This document shows positions 12,249 through 24,489 of a stretch of DNA of 64,000 bases, one piece after another. The DNA lies in NCBI RefSeq assembly GCF_009914755.1, contig NC_060936.1; one strand, given 5' to 3'. The notes below the pieces were generated by a model. That model did no database searches and had not been told where the DNA came from. It saw only the letters and a program-made list of their open reading frames with translations. The translations under genes were made by a program, and so were the position numbers. This DNA is from the human T2T-CHM13v2.0 reference genome, Homo sapiens. Numbering within the stretch: the stretch's first letter is position 1; each line of letters opens with the position of its first letter.

Positions 12249-14199
12249 TTATTTTCCTTTTTGGTGAAGAGAATCCAAGTAGCTTATCACCTGTGTCTTC
12301 ACAACTAAAGTTTAATTTTTATGTAGGAAGTCAATTTATCCTTCAACCCTGGAGTGAACTACAATATAGTCCTGAATCTTGACTTTACAGCTACACTTTA
12401 GAAATAATGCCCTCCTTTTGGTACTGTTGTGGCACAATGATATTACCAGAGAGAAGATAAATGTATATATTGTGGACTCAGTAAAAGACATAGCACTATG
12501 TTCCTTTTGAGATAACACATTGGGCAAAAATGCTTTGGCAAAAACTAATTCACTGTAAAACCAAATGAAATTCCTGGTTGCCTGAACCAGTTGAAAACTG
12601 GTTCTAGCTTTGTGTAGGGACCCTTCCTCTCTACATGTATACAGGTGCCTCCTGGTTTTTACTGAAGTGTTTTCCTGGATATGGAGGGGCCAGATGAGGG
12701 TGAAGACTTCTAGCTGGAGCAATGATGGGGCTGGGGTACCCCATGGGTGAACAGGGAACAAAATCCATCTGACAGTGTCTGTGTAGGAAGCGAAAGTTGA
12801 GAGAAGTGAGTCAGATTCTGGGAGTCCTTGAATACCAAGTTCAGGACCTCCCGGTGGAAACAGTGGAATCTGTCCCAGAACGAAAAACTCTTTTCTCCAG
12901 TTCTGTGGCTGTGATTCATCCTTGGTTTTCATTGCAAGTGCAGCAATCCAGGCTGTAGTTAGTTGTGTTCCCACTGGGCTCATTTGGGAGTTTCTCTGGA
13001 TTGAGGTCAGATTTTCATAAATCAACCTGGAATGCCTTGGCTAGATACTGGGAGGAGTAGCTCAGGTGAAAAAAAGAAAAACAAAAAACAGCAAGATCTG
13101 GAGTCTCCTGCTGCTATGGGCACTGTGGGGTCTACTCCCAGCAGCCATGGACTTTGCAACACACAGTGGGGCCTGCGTCAGATAGGCCACAATGGCGAAG
13201 TCCCTGGGAACATGATCACAAGGGACCAGGGGGCTCATGTTCATCCTTTGTGGATTTTTGATTCTCCACTTCTTTCAGCCCAGAGGTGCTCTGGAGAGAT
13301 GCATGCCTTCTGTCTTTATTATGTTCCTCTGGTTTTGGGAGTGAAAGAGACGGGGAACAGGGAGGGGGTTGCAGATGAGATGGGCTCCAAGGCGGGACTT
13401 ATAAGAACATCCTCCCAGTGGAGGATGCCTGCATGAGGTAGAGGTATGGTTTCAATTCTACTCTGGCAAGCCCACGTTGGCAACATGTACTTCTCTTTCA
13501 AGTCTCACACTGATTTGAGAGTTTGTAGACAACTTTGTACTCTGGGCCTCTGCCAGTGTCCTGAAGAAATGACTCCCCTTGGCTTCCCATTTTCTATCTC
13601 ACTGGCCCAACCAAATTTGGTGAATAATAACTTTTTTTTTAAAGCAAACATTGCTGCTAAGTAAACCCAGGAAGGACCTACGCAACCGTGCATCTGGGGA
13701 CCAGTGTTATCTTTTCACATCTTTGTGACTTCCCTCCTATTGATCACATGAGAACAGCAATCTCAGATTTGCACCATTCTCTGGTTCATCCTGGGGAGAG
13801 AGTCACCACACACAGATGGCAGGCTGGCAGGAATGGCTTGTTTTTTATTTTTTAAACTTCTAACTCATGCTAGTCTTTTTTTTTTTTTTTTGGTATTAAC
13901 CTGCCACCATATTTTCTTATACATCAATGAAAATAAAAAAAATGTGTCTGTATATCATCTGTCTTATTCTTCAAGATGCCCTTTGTTTATTAAAAATGCA
14001 ACCAGTCTCTGTAGGATCTGATTTACCTGTCTGTGGATGATCCAAACCGCCGGCCTCACCTCTGTCTCCCCACTCTCTTACACAAGGGTAGTTCACGGTG
14101 CTCCAGCTCCAGCTAGTATGTAAAGGAAGGAAAAAGTAACAGCAGCTCTGCCCCTGTGTCAGCACATTCTTGACCAGCAGCGAGAATCTATGTAGAAGG

Positions 14200-14770
14200 C
14201 AGGTCTGATCATGGAACTCGTGAGCCTAAAACAGAGGTAGTAAACAACTTTTTCTATAAGGAGTCAGAAAGTAAATATTACAGGTTTTGCAGGTTGTGTG
14301 GTGTCTGTTACAACTACTCAACCCTGCCCTTGTAGCATGAAAGGAACTGTAGATAATATGTAAATGAGTGGATGTGGCTATAGTCTAATACAAATTTGTT
14401 TACCAATATAGGCCAAGGACCAGATTTGGCTAAAGGGCTGTAGTGTGCCAAACCCTTGCTTAAAACCCTTTAGTGTCATGCCTGTGTCTTCAGATTGAAA
14501 CTTAAACTCCTAACCAATGTGTAAGACCATCACGCTTTGGCCCCTGCGCCATTCAGGGCACCTTATCCCTCACACAGGGAGTCCAGCCAAGCCACACTGA
14601 CTTTGTTTTTGCTCCCTCCCACCTTGGGGAAATCACATAAGTTGTTCCTTCTGCCTTAAACCATCTTCCAATCCCCTCTTTTCTCCTCCACACATTTACA
14701 TTCAACTTCTCCTTTAGGTAATTAATTTAATCTTCTCTTCCTCAGAGAAGTCTCCTTTAATCCCTGTATA
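14200..14770 (+). mobile_element. L2 fragment hosting MER58A
   Basis: GTCTGATCATG...TTAAAACCCTT...AAACTCCTAACC L2 3'-region motifs continue across the MER58A. Confidence 0.55.
14232..14457. mobile_element. MER58A (hAT-Charlie)
   Basis: CAGAGGTAGTAAAC...TGTAGTGTGCCAAACCCTT with 8-bp TSD-like GCCTAAAA/GCTTAAAA. Confidence 0.8.
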
Positions 14771-15369
14771 GTGTGAACTCTTGATAACAAAAGAAAGAAA
14801 TTAAACTTGATTATATGGAGGCATTAAAAACAAGTGTATGTTTTGGCTGATACAAACAAACTCCGGATAGGGCCAAGGGGAATTGCACTTAGGGATGAGT
14901 AAAATCAGAGATGTGATGAATTACAGTTGATGTAGAATGTGCTGATCTCATGGTAGACATTCAGAGATGCCTCCTAAATCTGGTGACCTCAACTGACTGG
15001 AACATAGCTGAGAAATGGAAAGCAGCAGGGCCATCCTTTTTGATGGAACAAACCCCTTGTTTTAAAACAAAAATACTTAATTGTACTCATAGGAGAACTC
15101 CTCAGACCCTAAATCAGAGCCTACTTACTTGTAGTTTAGTCACAATCATAACATATTGGTTTATCAAGTTTCCCAGTCTATAGCTAATTAGAAACAGCTT
15201 TTAAAAAATTTTTTTCTGGATGAGGAGGAATAGCCAGGAGTTGACATAATCATGCCAACTAGGAGTGACAATTAATTGACAAGGAAGGTAGAGAAGAAAG
15301 CTTTCAGCAGGCAGAGGAGGCTGGGGCCTTTTGGCGGTAGCAAAATAGTTTGTATTCTTTGGCGGATAC

Positions 15370-15731
15370 TGATACAGTTTGGCTGCGTCCCTACCCGAAT
15401 CTCATCTTGAATTGTAGCTCCCATAATTCCCACATGTTGTGGGAGGGACTCGGTGGGAGATAATTGAATCATGGGGGCGATTTCCCCCATACTGTTCTCT
15501 TGGTAGTGAATAAATCTCATGAGATCTGATGGTTTTATGAGGAGAAACCCCTTTCACTTGATTCTCATTCTCTCTTCTCTGCCAGCATGTGAGATATGCC
15601 TTTCATCTTCCACCATGATTGTGAGGCCTCCCCAGCCATGTGGAACTGTGAGTCCATTAAAACTCTTTTTCTTTATAAATTACCCAGTCTCAGGCATGTC
15701 TTTATCAGCAGTGTGAAAACGGACTAATACA
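15370..15731 (+). mobile_element. THE1 (B/C-like) solo LTR
   Basis: TGATACAGTTTGGCTGCGTCCC...GACTAATACA with perfect 5-bp TSD GATAC (15365-15369, 15732-15736). Confidence 0.93.
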
Positions 15732-15887
15732 GATACCAAAGGCATTAATGCCTTGTAAAATAGCTAATAGCACAATGTATATAATGATTCTTACATGCCA
15801 GGCCCTGTTCTAAGCATTTTATGTGAATCATTTAATTTTGTATTAAATATATGCAATGACTGCTACTATCATCACCATTTTATAGAT

Positions 15888-16689
15888 TGTATTAGTTATG
15901 TATTACTGCATAGCCAAAATTTAGTGGCCTCAAATGACAAACATTTATGTTCTTACCATTATTGTGGATCAAGCATCCAGATGTGGCTTAGCTGGTTCTT
16001 AGAGTTAGAGCCTTCCTAAGTCTGTAATCAAGGTGTCAGGCAGGACTACATACATCTCAGGGCTAGCCTGGGAGGGGTCACTTTCAAGCTAAGTTGTTTG
16101 ACCGATGGTCGGATTCAGTTCCTTGTGGCTGTTGGACTCAGGATCTCAGCTCCTTGCCACTTGAGTATCTCTGTACGGCAGCTCACAACATGGCAGCTTG
16201 CCTCATCAATTGAGCAAGTGAGAAGAGTCAGACAGAGATGGTGGGCAAGATTTAAGTCAGTCTTTCATAACTTAATCTTGGAAATGACATCTATTATACT
16301 ATGGTTTGAATGATAGTGCCTCCCCCAAAATTTGTGTTGAAACTGAATCCTCAATGCAACAGTATTAAGAGATGTGGCCATTGGGAAGTGATTAAGTCAT
16401 GAATGGGATTAGCACCTTTATAAAATGGCTTGAGATTGAAGGGAGCCTTCTGTTGCCCTTCCATCCCTTCTTCCACGTGAGGACACAGCGTTCTTCCCCT
16501 CAGGAAACCACTGCAACAAGATGTTATCTTGAAAGCAGAGAAGGCAGCCCTCTGTTGCTCTTGCTGTACTCTATTAAGTAGAAGGAGTTTACTAGGTCCA
16601 GTCCACACACAAGTGGAGGAGATTACAAAAGGGTATGAATGCCAGGAGACAGGAGCCTCTGGGAATCATGTCAGTAGCTGTCTATCACA
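15888..16689 (-). mobile_element. MLT1F-like LTR, itself interrupted by an MST LTR piece
   Basis: TGTATTAGTTATGTATTACTGC...GCAGCTCACAACATGGCAGCTTGCC...GCTGTCTATCACA, flanks TAGAT/AAGAT. Confidence 0.7.
16297..16552 (+). mobile_element. MST (B/C/D-like) LTR, 5' part only
   Basis: TACTATGGTTTGAATG...CCCAAAATTTGTGTTGAAAC...ATCTTGAAAGCAGAGAAGGCAGCCCTC. Confidence 0.7.
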
Positions 16690-16814
16690 AAGATGAAGAA
16701 ACTGAGGCACCGAAAATTTATGGATTTGGCCAAAGATCCCACAGTTAATAAGCTAAGCAACCTGGGAATTAGATACAGGATCTGTGCTTTTAACCACCAG
16801 TCTGCACTGGGCAA

Positions 16815-17022
16815 TCAGGTTTGCATAAACTTCCAGGTGATTCTAATGTGCAGCTGAAATGGTGAATCATGGTCTAGCGCGTCTCAAGTTTCAATGTGCA
16901 CACAAATTACCTGTGTTAAAATACTGATTGTGATTTGGTGAGTCTTGGCTGGGTCTGAGATTCTGCTTTTCTAACAAGCGCTAGGTGATGCTGGTGCTCT
17001 GGGCTGTGGATCACACTTTGAG
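16815..17022. mobile_element. MER5-family (hAT-Charlie) fragments in tandem
   Basis: CCAGGTGATTCTAATGTGCAGC and TTCTAACAAGCGCTAGGTGATGCTGGTGCT...CACACTTTGAG. Confidence 0.6.
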
Positions 17023-17526
17023 CTCAGGGCTGAGAGTTGGCTGATTGTTTTTCCACTTGGGATTCTCCCTCAAATTGGTGGTAGAGCAGACTAATCATTT
17101 GATCTTTCTGCTTTTAAAAAAATCTCATATTTATTTTTTCATATATACATTCATTTGTTTATTTATTTACCTACAGTATTCAATAGTTGATTGTTTAATA
17201 ACTGCCAATACTAATTTTAAATGCTTTGTTTTATTTTAGTTACAAAAGTAAGTGCTTATTGCCTCTCAGGCTTGGTTTAAACGTCACTTCCTATGGGAAG
17301 CCTTCCCTTACTCCTAAAGACTACCTTCAGATATGCTCACAATGATAACTTTTGTCCCCTCATTAATGCACTTATCATATGGTACTGTAATTGCTCAAGG
17401 CCACTGCTATCCCATTTGACAATTTTGTGTGACTTTAAAAAAGACAACCTTTTTTTGAGACACTGTACTTTCACCTGCAGGAAAACTGTTATCAGGAAAG
17501 AATTGCTCTAAATATAATTGCTCTAA

Positions 17527-17748
17527 ATATAATTATACAAAATTAATTATATATAATTTATACAATAATTAATTACATGTAGGACATTAATTCATCTTAT
17601 CCACCCAGTTTTATTTAGCAGTCCTCCTTCAGCTACTAAAGTCTTTGCATTTTGTAAGATCCATTTGCCTTTCACACACTGCAGCTAGGTGCAGCAGCTA
17701 AGAGTCTCCTTGAGGTGGTTTTTGGTAACTGGCCACTTAACAGGTGTT
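17527..17748 (+). repeat. Left arm of a ~220-bp inverted duplication of non-TE sequence
   Basis: Reverse complement of 19269-19482. Manual alignment gives 8 substitutions, 3 small indels and a 62-bp perfect core. Confidence 0.95.
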
Positions 17749-17929
17749 TGAGAATCCCAGTGATTTGCTTGTTTATAAAAAACAATCGTATGCTCCCAAT
17801 GATACCCACCTCTTCAGGGAGTGTGAAATAATTCTTTGCTTTAACTGATTTATTTTGTGTCTACTGCCTTGTTTGGGCTTCTTTCCTTGTTTGTTCTAAA
17901 GATTATATTGTTTAAAAATTTAGCATCGG

Positions 17930-18221
17930 GGCCGGGCACGGTGGCTCACGCTTGTAATCCCGGCACTTTGGGAGGCCGAGGCGGGCGGATCACAAGGTCA
18001 GGAGATCGAGACCATCCTGGCTAACACGGTGAAACCCCGTCTCTATTAAAAATACAAAAATTAGCCAGGCGTGGTGGCAGGCGCCTGTAGTCCCAGCTAC
18101 TCAGGAGGCTGAGACAGGAGAATGGCGTGAACCCGGGAGACGGAGCTTGCAGTGAGCCGAGATCTCCCCACGGCACTCCAGCCTGGGCGACAGAGTGAGA
18201 CTCCGTCTCAAAAAAAAAAAA
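17930..18221 (+). mobile_element. AluY
   Basis: GATCGAGACCATCCTGGCTAACACGG and AATGGCGTGAACCCGGGA...GAGCTTGCAGTGAG; TSD AAAAATTTAGCATC at 17914-17927 and 18222-18235. Confidence 0.95.
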
Positions 18222-19059
18222 AAAAATTTAGCATCATTTTAAAATTCAAAAGTGGAGTCTTCATTGTGCTCTGTGTAATGGATTGAGAGTGAGTAAATCT
18301 CAGTATTACGTGGAATAATTGATGAAGGGGCAATATTTTGTTAGGTTAATGTAACTTAACAATTGAAGTAGTTTTGTCCTTTTTAATGAGTTTTGGTGGT
18401 TATTTCTTGTTTGTCCTTGAATATTTTGGTTTTCTTTAGTAGAATGGGGGTAAATTTGTATGCTTAAGGTGCAAAATTATTTTCTCACTGAAAATAATAC
18501 AGTGTTGTTTTCAACTTTGGATGATTTGCCCTATTAAGAGGGATTTTCAGGAAAGAATTGCTCTTATAAAGTGGAGAACTGTACTGGTAGTCAGTCTCAG
18601 TAAAGGTAGCCTCCTGGGCCAGGTTCCTCTAGGGTCTTTCACACTCCTACTGGCAGAGCTAGGACCAACTGTTCTCCCCACTTCATATTTAAAATGCCAG
18701 GATAAATTCCAAAATACTGAGCCTCATGACAGATGTACCTTGATAGCCATGACTCCAATTCTATTTCTGGACTAGAAGTTCCCAGGAGCTTAAACCAACA
18801 AGAAGTGTGGCTTATTACAATGGATCTTTCATAGCACAGATCTTTCAGTAAATGCTGGCTGTTTCTTTCAAAAGAAGTAGAGGAAAAGTTACAAATATGG
18901 GTGCAAATGTACGTATGGATGATACAGATATTTATGAACAGAAAAAAGACTAAAGGAATTGTATCAAAACATTGGCAATGGTTATCTCTGTATAGTAGAA
19001 TGATGTGATTTTCTTAATTTTTTAATTTTTATTTTTTGCTTTGCAGGATTATATACAAT

Positions 19060-19200
19060 GGACATTCATTAATTCAACACACTTTTTTCTTTGCATGGTT
19101 ACCACATATTAGGCAATGTGGTGGATCTTGGGGATATAAGTGTGAAACAGACACAGTCCCAACCCCAGAGCTAACATTGTGTGGGAGACAGATAAATATA
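19060..19200 (-). mobile_element. L2 3' end
   Basis: CATTCATTAATTCAACA...GGGGATATAAG...ACAGACACAGTCCC. Confidence 0.55.
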
Positions 19201-19268
19201 AAGACAAGATGTACTGCACAACTTGAAAGCCACCCTCAGTATCGTGTACATCACAGACTTGTCTATTT

Positions 19269-19482
19269 AACACCTGTTAAGTGGACAGTTACAAAAAACC
19301 ACCTCAAGGAGATTCTTAGCTGCTGCACCTAGCTGCAGTGTGTGAAAGGCAAATGGATCTTACAAAATGCAAAGATTTTAGTAGCTGAGGAGGACTGCTA
19401 AATAAAACTGGGTTAAGATGAATTAATGTCCAATATATAATTAATTATTGTATAAATTATATATAATTTTCTATAATTATAT
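19269..19482 (-). repeat. Right arm of the inverted duplication
   Basis: AACACCTGTTAAGTGG...CTAGCTGCAGTGTGTGAAAGGCAAATGGATCTTACAAAATGCAAAGA... is the reverse complement of 17527-17748. Confidence 0.95.
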
Positions 19483-19589
19483 ATACAAATAATATAATCT
19501 GTATTATTATAATCCATATAATTTTGGCCATATTGTACCAAAGGCTTCCAAATGTAATAGGAAGTGGGAGATGAGGTACTCTTTCTTTT

Positions 19590-21045
19590 TGATTCTCTTA
19601 CCTCCAAATCCACTCCTTCTAATCTTCTTCATTTCAGTAAATGGCACTATTTTGCACTCTGTTACTTAAGCTAAAAACCTAGCTATCATTTTGATTCCTT
19701 TCTTTCCACCATCCCTCATAGCCAATCTATCTATAAGTCATGATAACTGTCTTCAAAATATATGCTGAATCCATTCTCTTCCCTCCCTCTGTGCTGTTCC
19801 CTACCTAGTCCAAGTCACTTTTCTTGACATCCTGGACTAACGTAATAGTTTCCCAGTTGGTCTCCTTGTTTCTACTCTTGTCCCTCTAAAATTCATTCTC
19901 CATACTTATGATCTTTACAAAATGTAAATGAGATCACACCACTCTGCTGCTTAAACTTTTCAATAAGTTTCCATCTAACCTGGAATAAAATCCAGGCTCC
20001 TACTGCAGCCTCCACTGGCCATGTGACCTGGCTACTGCTAGCCTCTCTGGCTTCATCTTCTATCACTCTCTGCCTGGTTCACCATATTTGAGTGGTTATA
20101 TTTGTTATCTATGACTGTATAACAAATTACCACAGACTAACATAAACAAGAGCAATAAGCATTTAATGTCTCATAGTTTCTTTGGGTCAGGAATTAAAAG
20201 TTAGCTGGGTGATTTTTGCTCAGAGGATCTCATAAAGCTGCAGTCAAAGATCAGGAATTAAAAGTTAGCTGGGTGGCTCTGTCTCAAGGGATCTCATAAG
20301 GCTATGGTCAGCATGGGCTGCAATAATCTGGAGGCTTGACTGGGGCTGGAAGATCTGTTTTCAGGATGGTCTCATTCACATGGCTGTTGGCAGAAAGCCT
20401 CAGTTCTTTGCCATGTGTATTGCTCCACTGAGTTGCTTGAGTATCCTTACAACATGGCAGCTCATGTCCCATAAATTGAGTAATTCAAGAGAGCAAGACT
20501 GAATTTGCAATGTCTTTTATGACCTGGGCTTGGAAGGCACATTCCTTCACTTTTGAAATGTCTTCTTGGTTACATAAATCAGCTCTATCCAGAGGGGGAG
20601 GGGAGTGCTTAAGGACATGAGTCGCAGGAGGTGAGAATCACTGGAGGGGATCTTGGGGGCTGGGTACCCTTAAGCATTTCTCAAAAATGCCAGACCTTTC
20701 ACATCCAGGACCACTGCAGTTGCTAGTCTCTCTGTTTCTGATTCCTTTCCCTCTACCTTTTCACAAATCTGGCCTCTTGTTCATCTTCTACATGTCAGCT
20801 CAAATGTCTCTTTCTTGGATAACATTTTTCTAATAACTGTATCTAAGGGAGATATTCTACCACCCCATTATTTAGATTATAGCATCCACCATAATCTGTT
20901 TACTCATTTATGTAGTGATTTACTGTCTTCCTCCTTATCTATAGAATGTAAATGCCAAGAACAACCAGGGTCTATTGTGACCCCAGCACCCACCACAAAA
21001 TCTAACAAATATGAAGAGTTCACTAAATATCATTTGAATGAATGA
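19590..21045 (+). mobile_element. L2, split by an MLT1 LTR
   Basis: CATTTCAGTAAATGGCAC, CTAGTCCAAGTCAC and CAGCTCAAATGTC motifs; ends in the L2 tail TTTGAATGAATGA. Confidence 0.75.
20095..20665 (-). mobile_element. MLT1 (F/G-like) LTR with an internal 64-bp tandem duplication
   Basis: TATGACTGTATAACAAATTACCAC, TTGACTGGGGCTGGAAGATCTG, CCTTACAACATGGCAGC. Confidence 0.7.
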
Positions 21046-22012
21046 GATGTTTAAGGCTAAGATGGGTTTTATCAGACATTTTCTCTTTTAATCAGGAAGG
21101 GGCTTGGGAATAGGATGGAAGCAAGAGGAGGAAATAAGGTCCCTCCTGGAAGCAAATTGAGGGCTGGGCTGAGGGGAAGAGGATACTGGAATGTGGCTCC
21201 TCCTTTGATGGGCACCACCAGACACCATGAAAGTCGTGCTCAAAGGCAGTGTCTATTACCATAAGCTCCACTGGGCCACACCAAAATTTTATTCTGACTC
21301 CAGGAGGAGGGGATTTCCACTGGGATTCTGAAGGTTTTGCCAGAAAGTAGCAGAATGAGAAGGTGAGATGAGGTCACAGACATCTTGAGTGGAGGACGTA
21401 GTGGTGGGAATGACTGGGCGTGTTTGTGGAGAGGCCCAGGTACTAGCTTCTTTTCCCATCACTTATCTCTAGATTATTCTATCTGGGAATACCTAGAGCC
21501 AGGCAGAACAATGTGAGGAAATTTGCACAGAATGTTATCTCTGCACTTTGCCAAATAATTGGTAAACCCCAGGGAGCCGGCCCAGCCTCTGCACTGACCT
21601 GGATCCTTATTTGGAGGCAGGGAAGGAAAGCTGTCAGTGCTCCCCGGCCTCACTTGGGAGTGAAGTCCTACAGCTGGAATCCCTTCTGTGTCTGCGGCGG
21701 GGGTGGGGGCCAGGTTCAGGGCTGCTCAGTGGCCAATCCAACCTGAAAGGTATTGCTGGGATGTTTTTGTTCAGCAAGGAATCATGTGGCTTCCCTAAAA
21801 GCCTCCTCTGGGCCCCCAGAGAAAGCCTTATCTCTGTGCATGGTGTTAAAGTATGATTTTCCAAAGGTTAAAAAAATGTGACTCTAAAAACAAAACCAAA
21901 AAAGACATGCAATAACAAAAGGGATGCATGTCAAAGATTTTTTATTCAACTCATTTATTAGAGAAGGAGTAATATGTTAAAACCTGTCCAAAAAGCATGT
22001 AAGATGCTTGAG

Positions 22013-22013
<1 letters not shown>

Positions 22014-22050
<37 letters not shown>

Positions 22051-22073
22051 ACACACACAGACGTGTGTGTGTG

Positions 22074-22150
<77 letters not shown>
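22014..22150. repeat. Compound microsatellite (CA)n-(TG)n-(TA)n
   Basis: Directly visible. Confidence 0.97.
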
Positions 22151-22153
<3 letters not shown>

Positions 22154-22509
22154 ATTTAATATGTATTGCAATCTATGGGATATCTTCTCCCCTAGACTGA
22201 AATTATTTGCATCTGGACTAGACAAAATTCCATGAGCCAGCCTCTGCCTCTACAGAGTTGTAAAATAGCCCAGGAAATAGAAAGTCAAATTCAGCACTAC
22301 AGTGAAGGAATGCTCGGTAATCTTCTTCACCTATTTCTAGAGTTCAGATAATTTTTCTGCTAATAGATTGCTTTGAAAGCTCTCTTCCCAGGTGATTTGA
22401 TGACAGCTAAAAGGTGCCTCATAGCAAAAGTTGATCCTGACAGCCTGAACTGGCATCAGATTCCTTTCCATGAATATTTTCAAGCCTGTCCTATGGGCAA
22501 TAATCATAG

Positions 22510-22720
22510 TTCATATTATTAAATACCTGGTCTGTGCCAAACACACTGCTAAGTGCTTTTCATGGATAACCTTGTTTAATCCTCAATAAAAATCAATTAT
22601 TCTGATCTCCATTTTGCTGAAGAGAAAACAGAGGCTGAAAGAAATTCAGTAATTTGCTGAGGGTCACACAGCAAGCCAGGAAATGGTGGATCCAGGATTT
22701 GAAGATATACAGGCTGATCC
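22510..22720 (-). mobile_element. MIR
   Basis: TGTGCCAAACACACTGCTAAGTGCTTT...GAAAACAGAGGCT...GGTCACACAGC. Confidence 0.7.
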
Positions 22721-23080
22721 TTGAGCTGCAAGAAGTTGTGCTAAACACTGTATGTCATAGAGAGATTAATTAAACACTGTCCCTGCTCAAAGTCATCTTG
22801 GAAATCTCGCTTTACTATCAAAACAAAACCTCATATTTTAACCTGAAAATTGGGATACTACTCATGCCTTCCCACAAGCTGACTGAGGATAAATGAGATT
22901 ATGTGGATGCTCTTTATTAACTTGAAGTCACTGGGAAGGCCACTGTTGTCATTAAGGAGCTCAAGAGCCTCATTGGGAGTGTCATCTTTTGGGCTCGTGG
23001 TAGTACAGACATTTCTGTGGGGAAGAAGGAATTTGAGGTTTTCATGGTCAAGCTCAACGATGAGCTGTTGTGGGGTACAA

Positions 23081-23323
23081 GCAGGGTCAGGAATAGAGTG
23101 ATGCAAAATTTAAGGGAGTACCAAAAAGCTTAGTAATCAAGATAGATAACATTTTAATACAACGTCCTTAAAAAATAGTCACAGTCAATGTAGACAATCA
23201 ATGATCAATGATGAACAAAATATCACACATTAAACCAAAGCCAGGATCAGTTTTACTGTTGTTTTTTTTTTTTCTTTAGCTCCAGTGTGACTCAGCATGG
23301 CACAAGCTAATAAGCCATTCCTT
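23081..23323. mobile_element. MER96B-like hAT element
   Basis: GCAAAATTTAAGGGAGTACCAAAAAGCTTAGTAATCAAGATAGATAAC...GGATCAG...CAGCATGGCAC. Confidence 0.55.
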
Positions 23324-24489
23324 GAAGGAATTCACCGGAAGACAGTATTGTGGGGTCCTCCCAGTTGTGTCCTGGAGTGGTTGCTGCTCTTAGATACAGA
23401 TCCAGATCAAGTAGAGCAATTAAAAAATGTTTAATGTTCTTTGCTACTTTTTTGAAGCATAAAGAAAAAAGAGCATATCATACCTCCCTGAATTTTCACA
23501 AAATGAGCACATCCAAGTAACTAGCACCCAGATGTAGAAAAAGAATGCTATCAGCACTGCAGGGAACCATCCCCCCCTGCTTGTGTCCCCTTCCAGTCAT
23601 AACTTAAGAGCCATTTTCCGTGTGGGGACTCATTCATCAAGTAGTAATTTTTGCCTTGTAGAGATATGTGCATATCTGACCTAGGAGTGCAAACTAGATT
23701 CATACAAATACTTGGTCCATGAAATGCTTTCATTATTGGCCCATGGGCAAGGCCTCTTTTAATTTTTTTTTTATTAAGGTACTAATTTACTTATTTTAAA
23801 TAAGACCACAGCATGAAAAATAGAACACGGACAGCAGCTTCCATCTACCTCTGTAGAGCTCTCACATTCCTTCCCTATGCCTGCCCGCCCTGGGAGTAAC
23901 TGCTTTGACTGTAGCCTGAGAGTGTACTCATAGGCAGTTCCATCTGCAGAATTTCTGACATCAGACAATCAGAGCCCTGTCCATGATGTATTGTCTGACC
24001 ATCCCTTCAGAGTTCTGTCTTCTTCACTTGGGGTCCCTGGAACCCCTTTGCTTTGCCCTTGGGTAGGAGAGGCCAAGGAACAAGCCGCATGACAGGCAGT
24101 GCTAAAAAAAAAAAAATTCCAGGGGTCAGATCTGTCTGGGTTGGGGCTGACAGCTGGTTAGTGGAAGGGTGGGGACTCTAGCTAGGCTCTTCTGGGACGT
24201 GGAGGAGCACTTGCTTACGAAACCTGGTTGGGGTGAGGGGGAACCAAAAGGGATGGTTGTTGGGGTCTCAGCTGGAGGGGCTTCAGCAGCCGGAAATGGG
24301 ATTTAGATGGCCAGAGTCAGGGGCATTCAAGTTTTTTGTGTTTGTTTGTTTTCAGCTGAAAAATGCAAGGGAAGAAGCCCCCAGAAATGTATGTCAGTGA
24401 GAAGTTAGCAAGGTGAGGATGGGCAGCCCCAATGCAATATTCAAAATTCAAATCAATCTAGCAGCATCACTCCTTTGCTTAAAACCACT

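Larger units (their letters stand above)
15770..16800 (-). mobile_element. MIR split by MLT1F
   Basis: CCATTTTATAGAT (to 15887) resumes as AAGATGAAGAAACTGAGGCAC (from 16690). Confidence 0.65.

Noticed and set aside
17527-19482. Inverted arms as TIRs of a novel DNA transposon
   Set aside because: No TSD outside the arms, no transposase ORF, and the spacer holds ordinary L2/Alu-containing DNA; local duplication is simpler.
21951-22235. HT/CV/YI-repeat ORFs
   Set aside because: Translations of the dinucleotide microsatellite.
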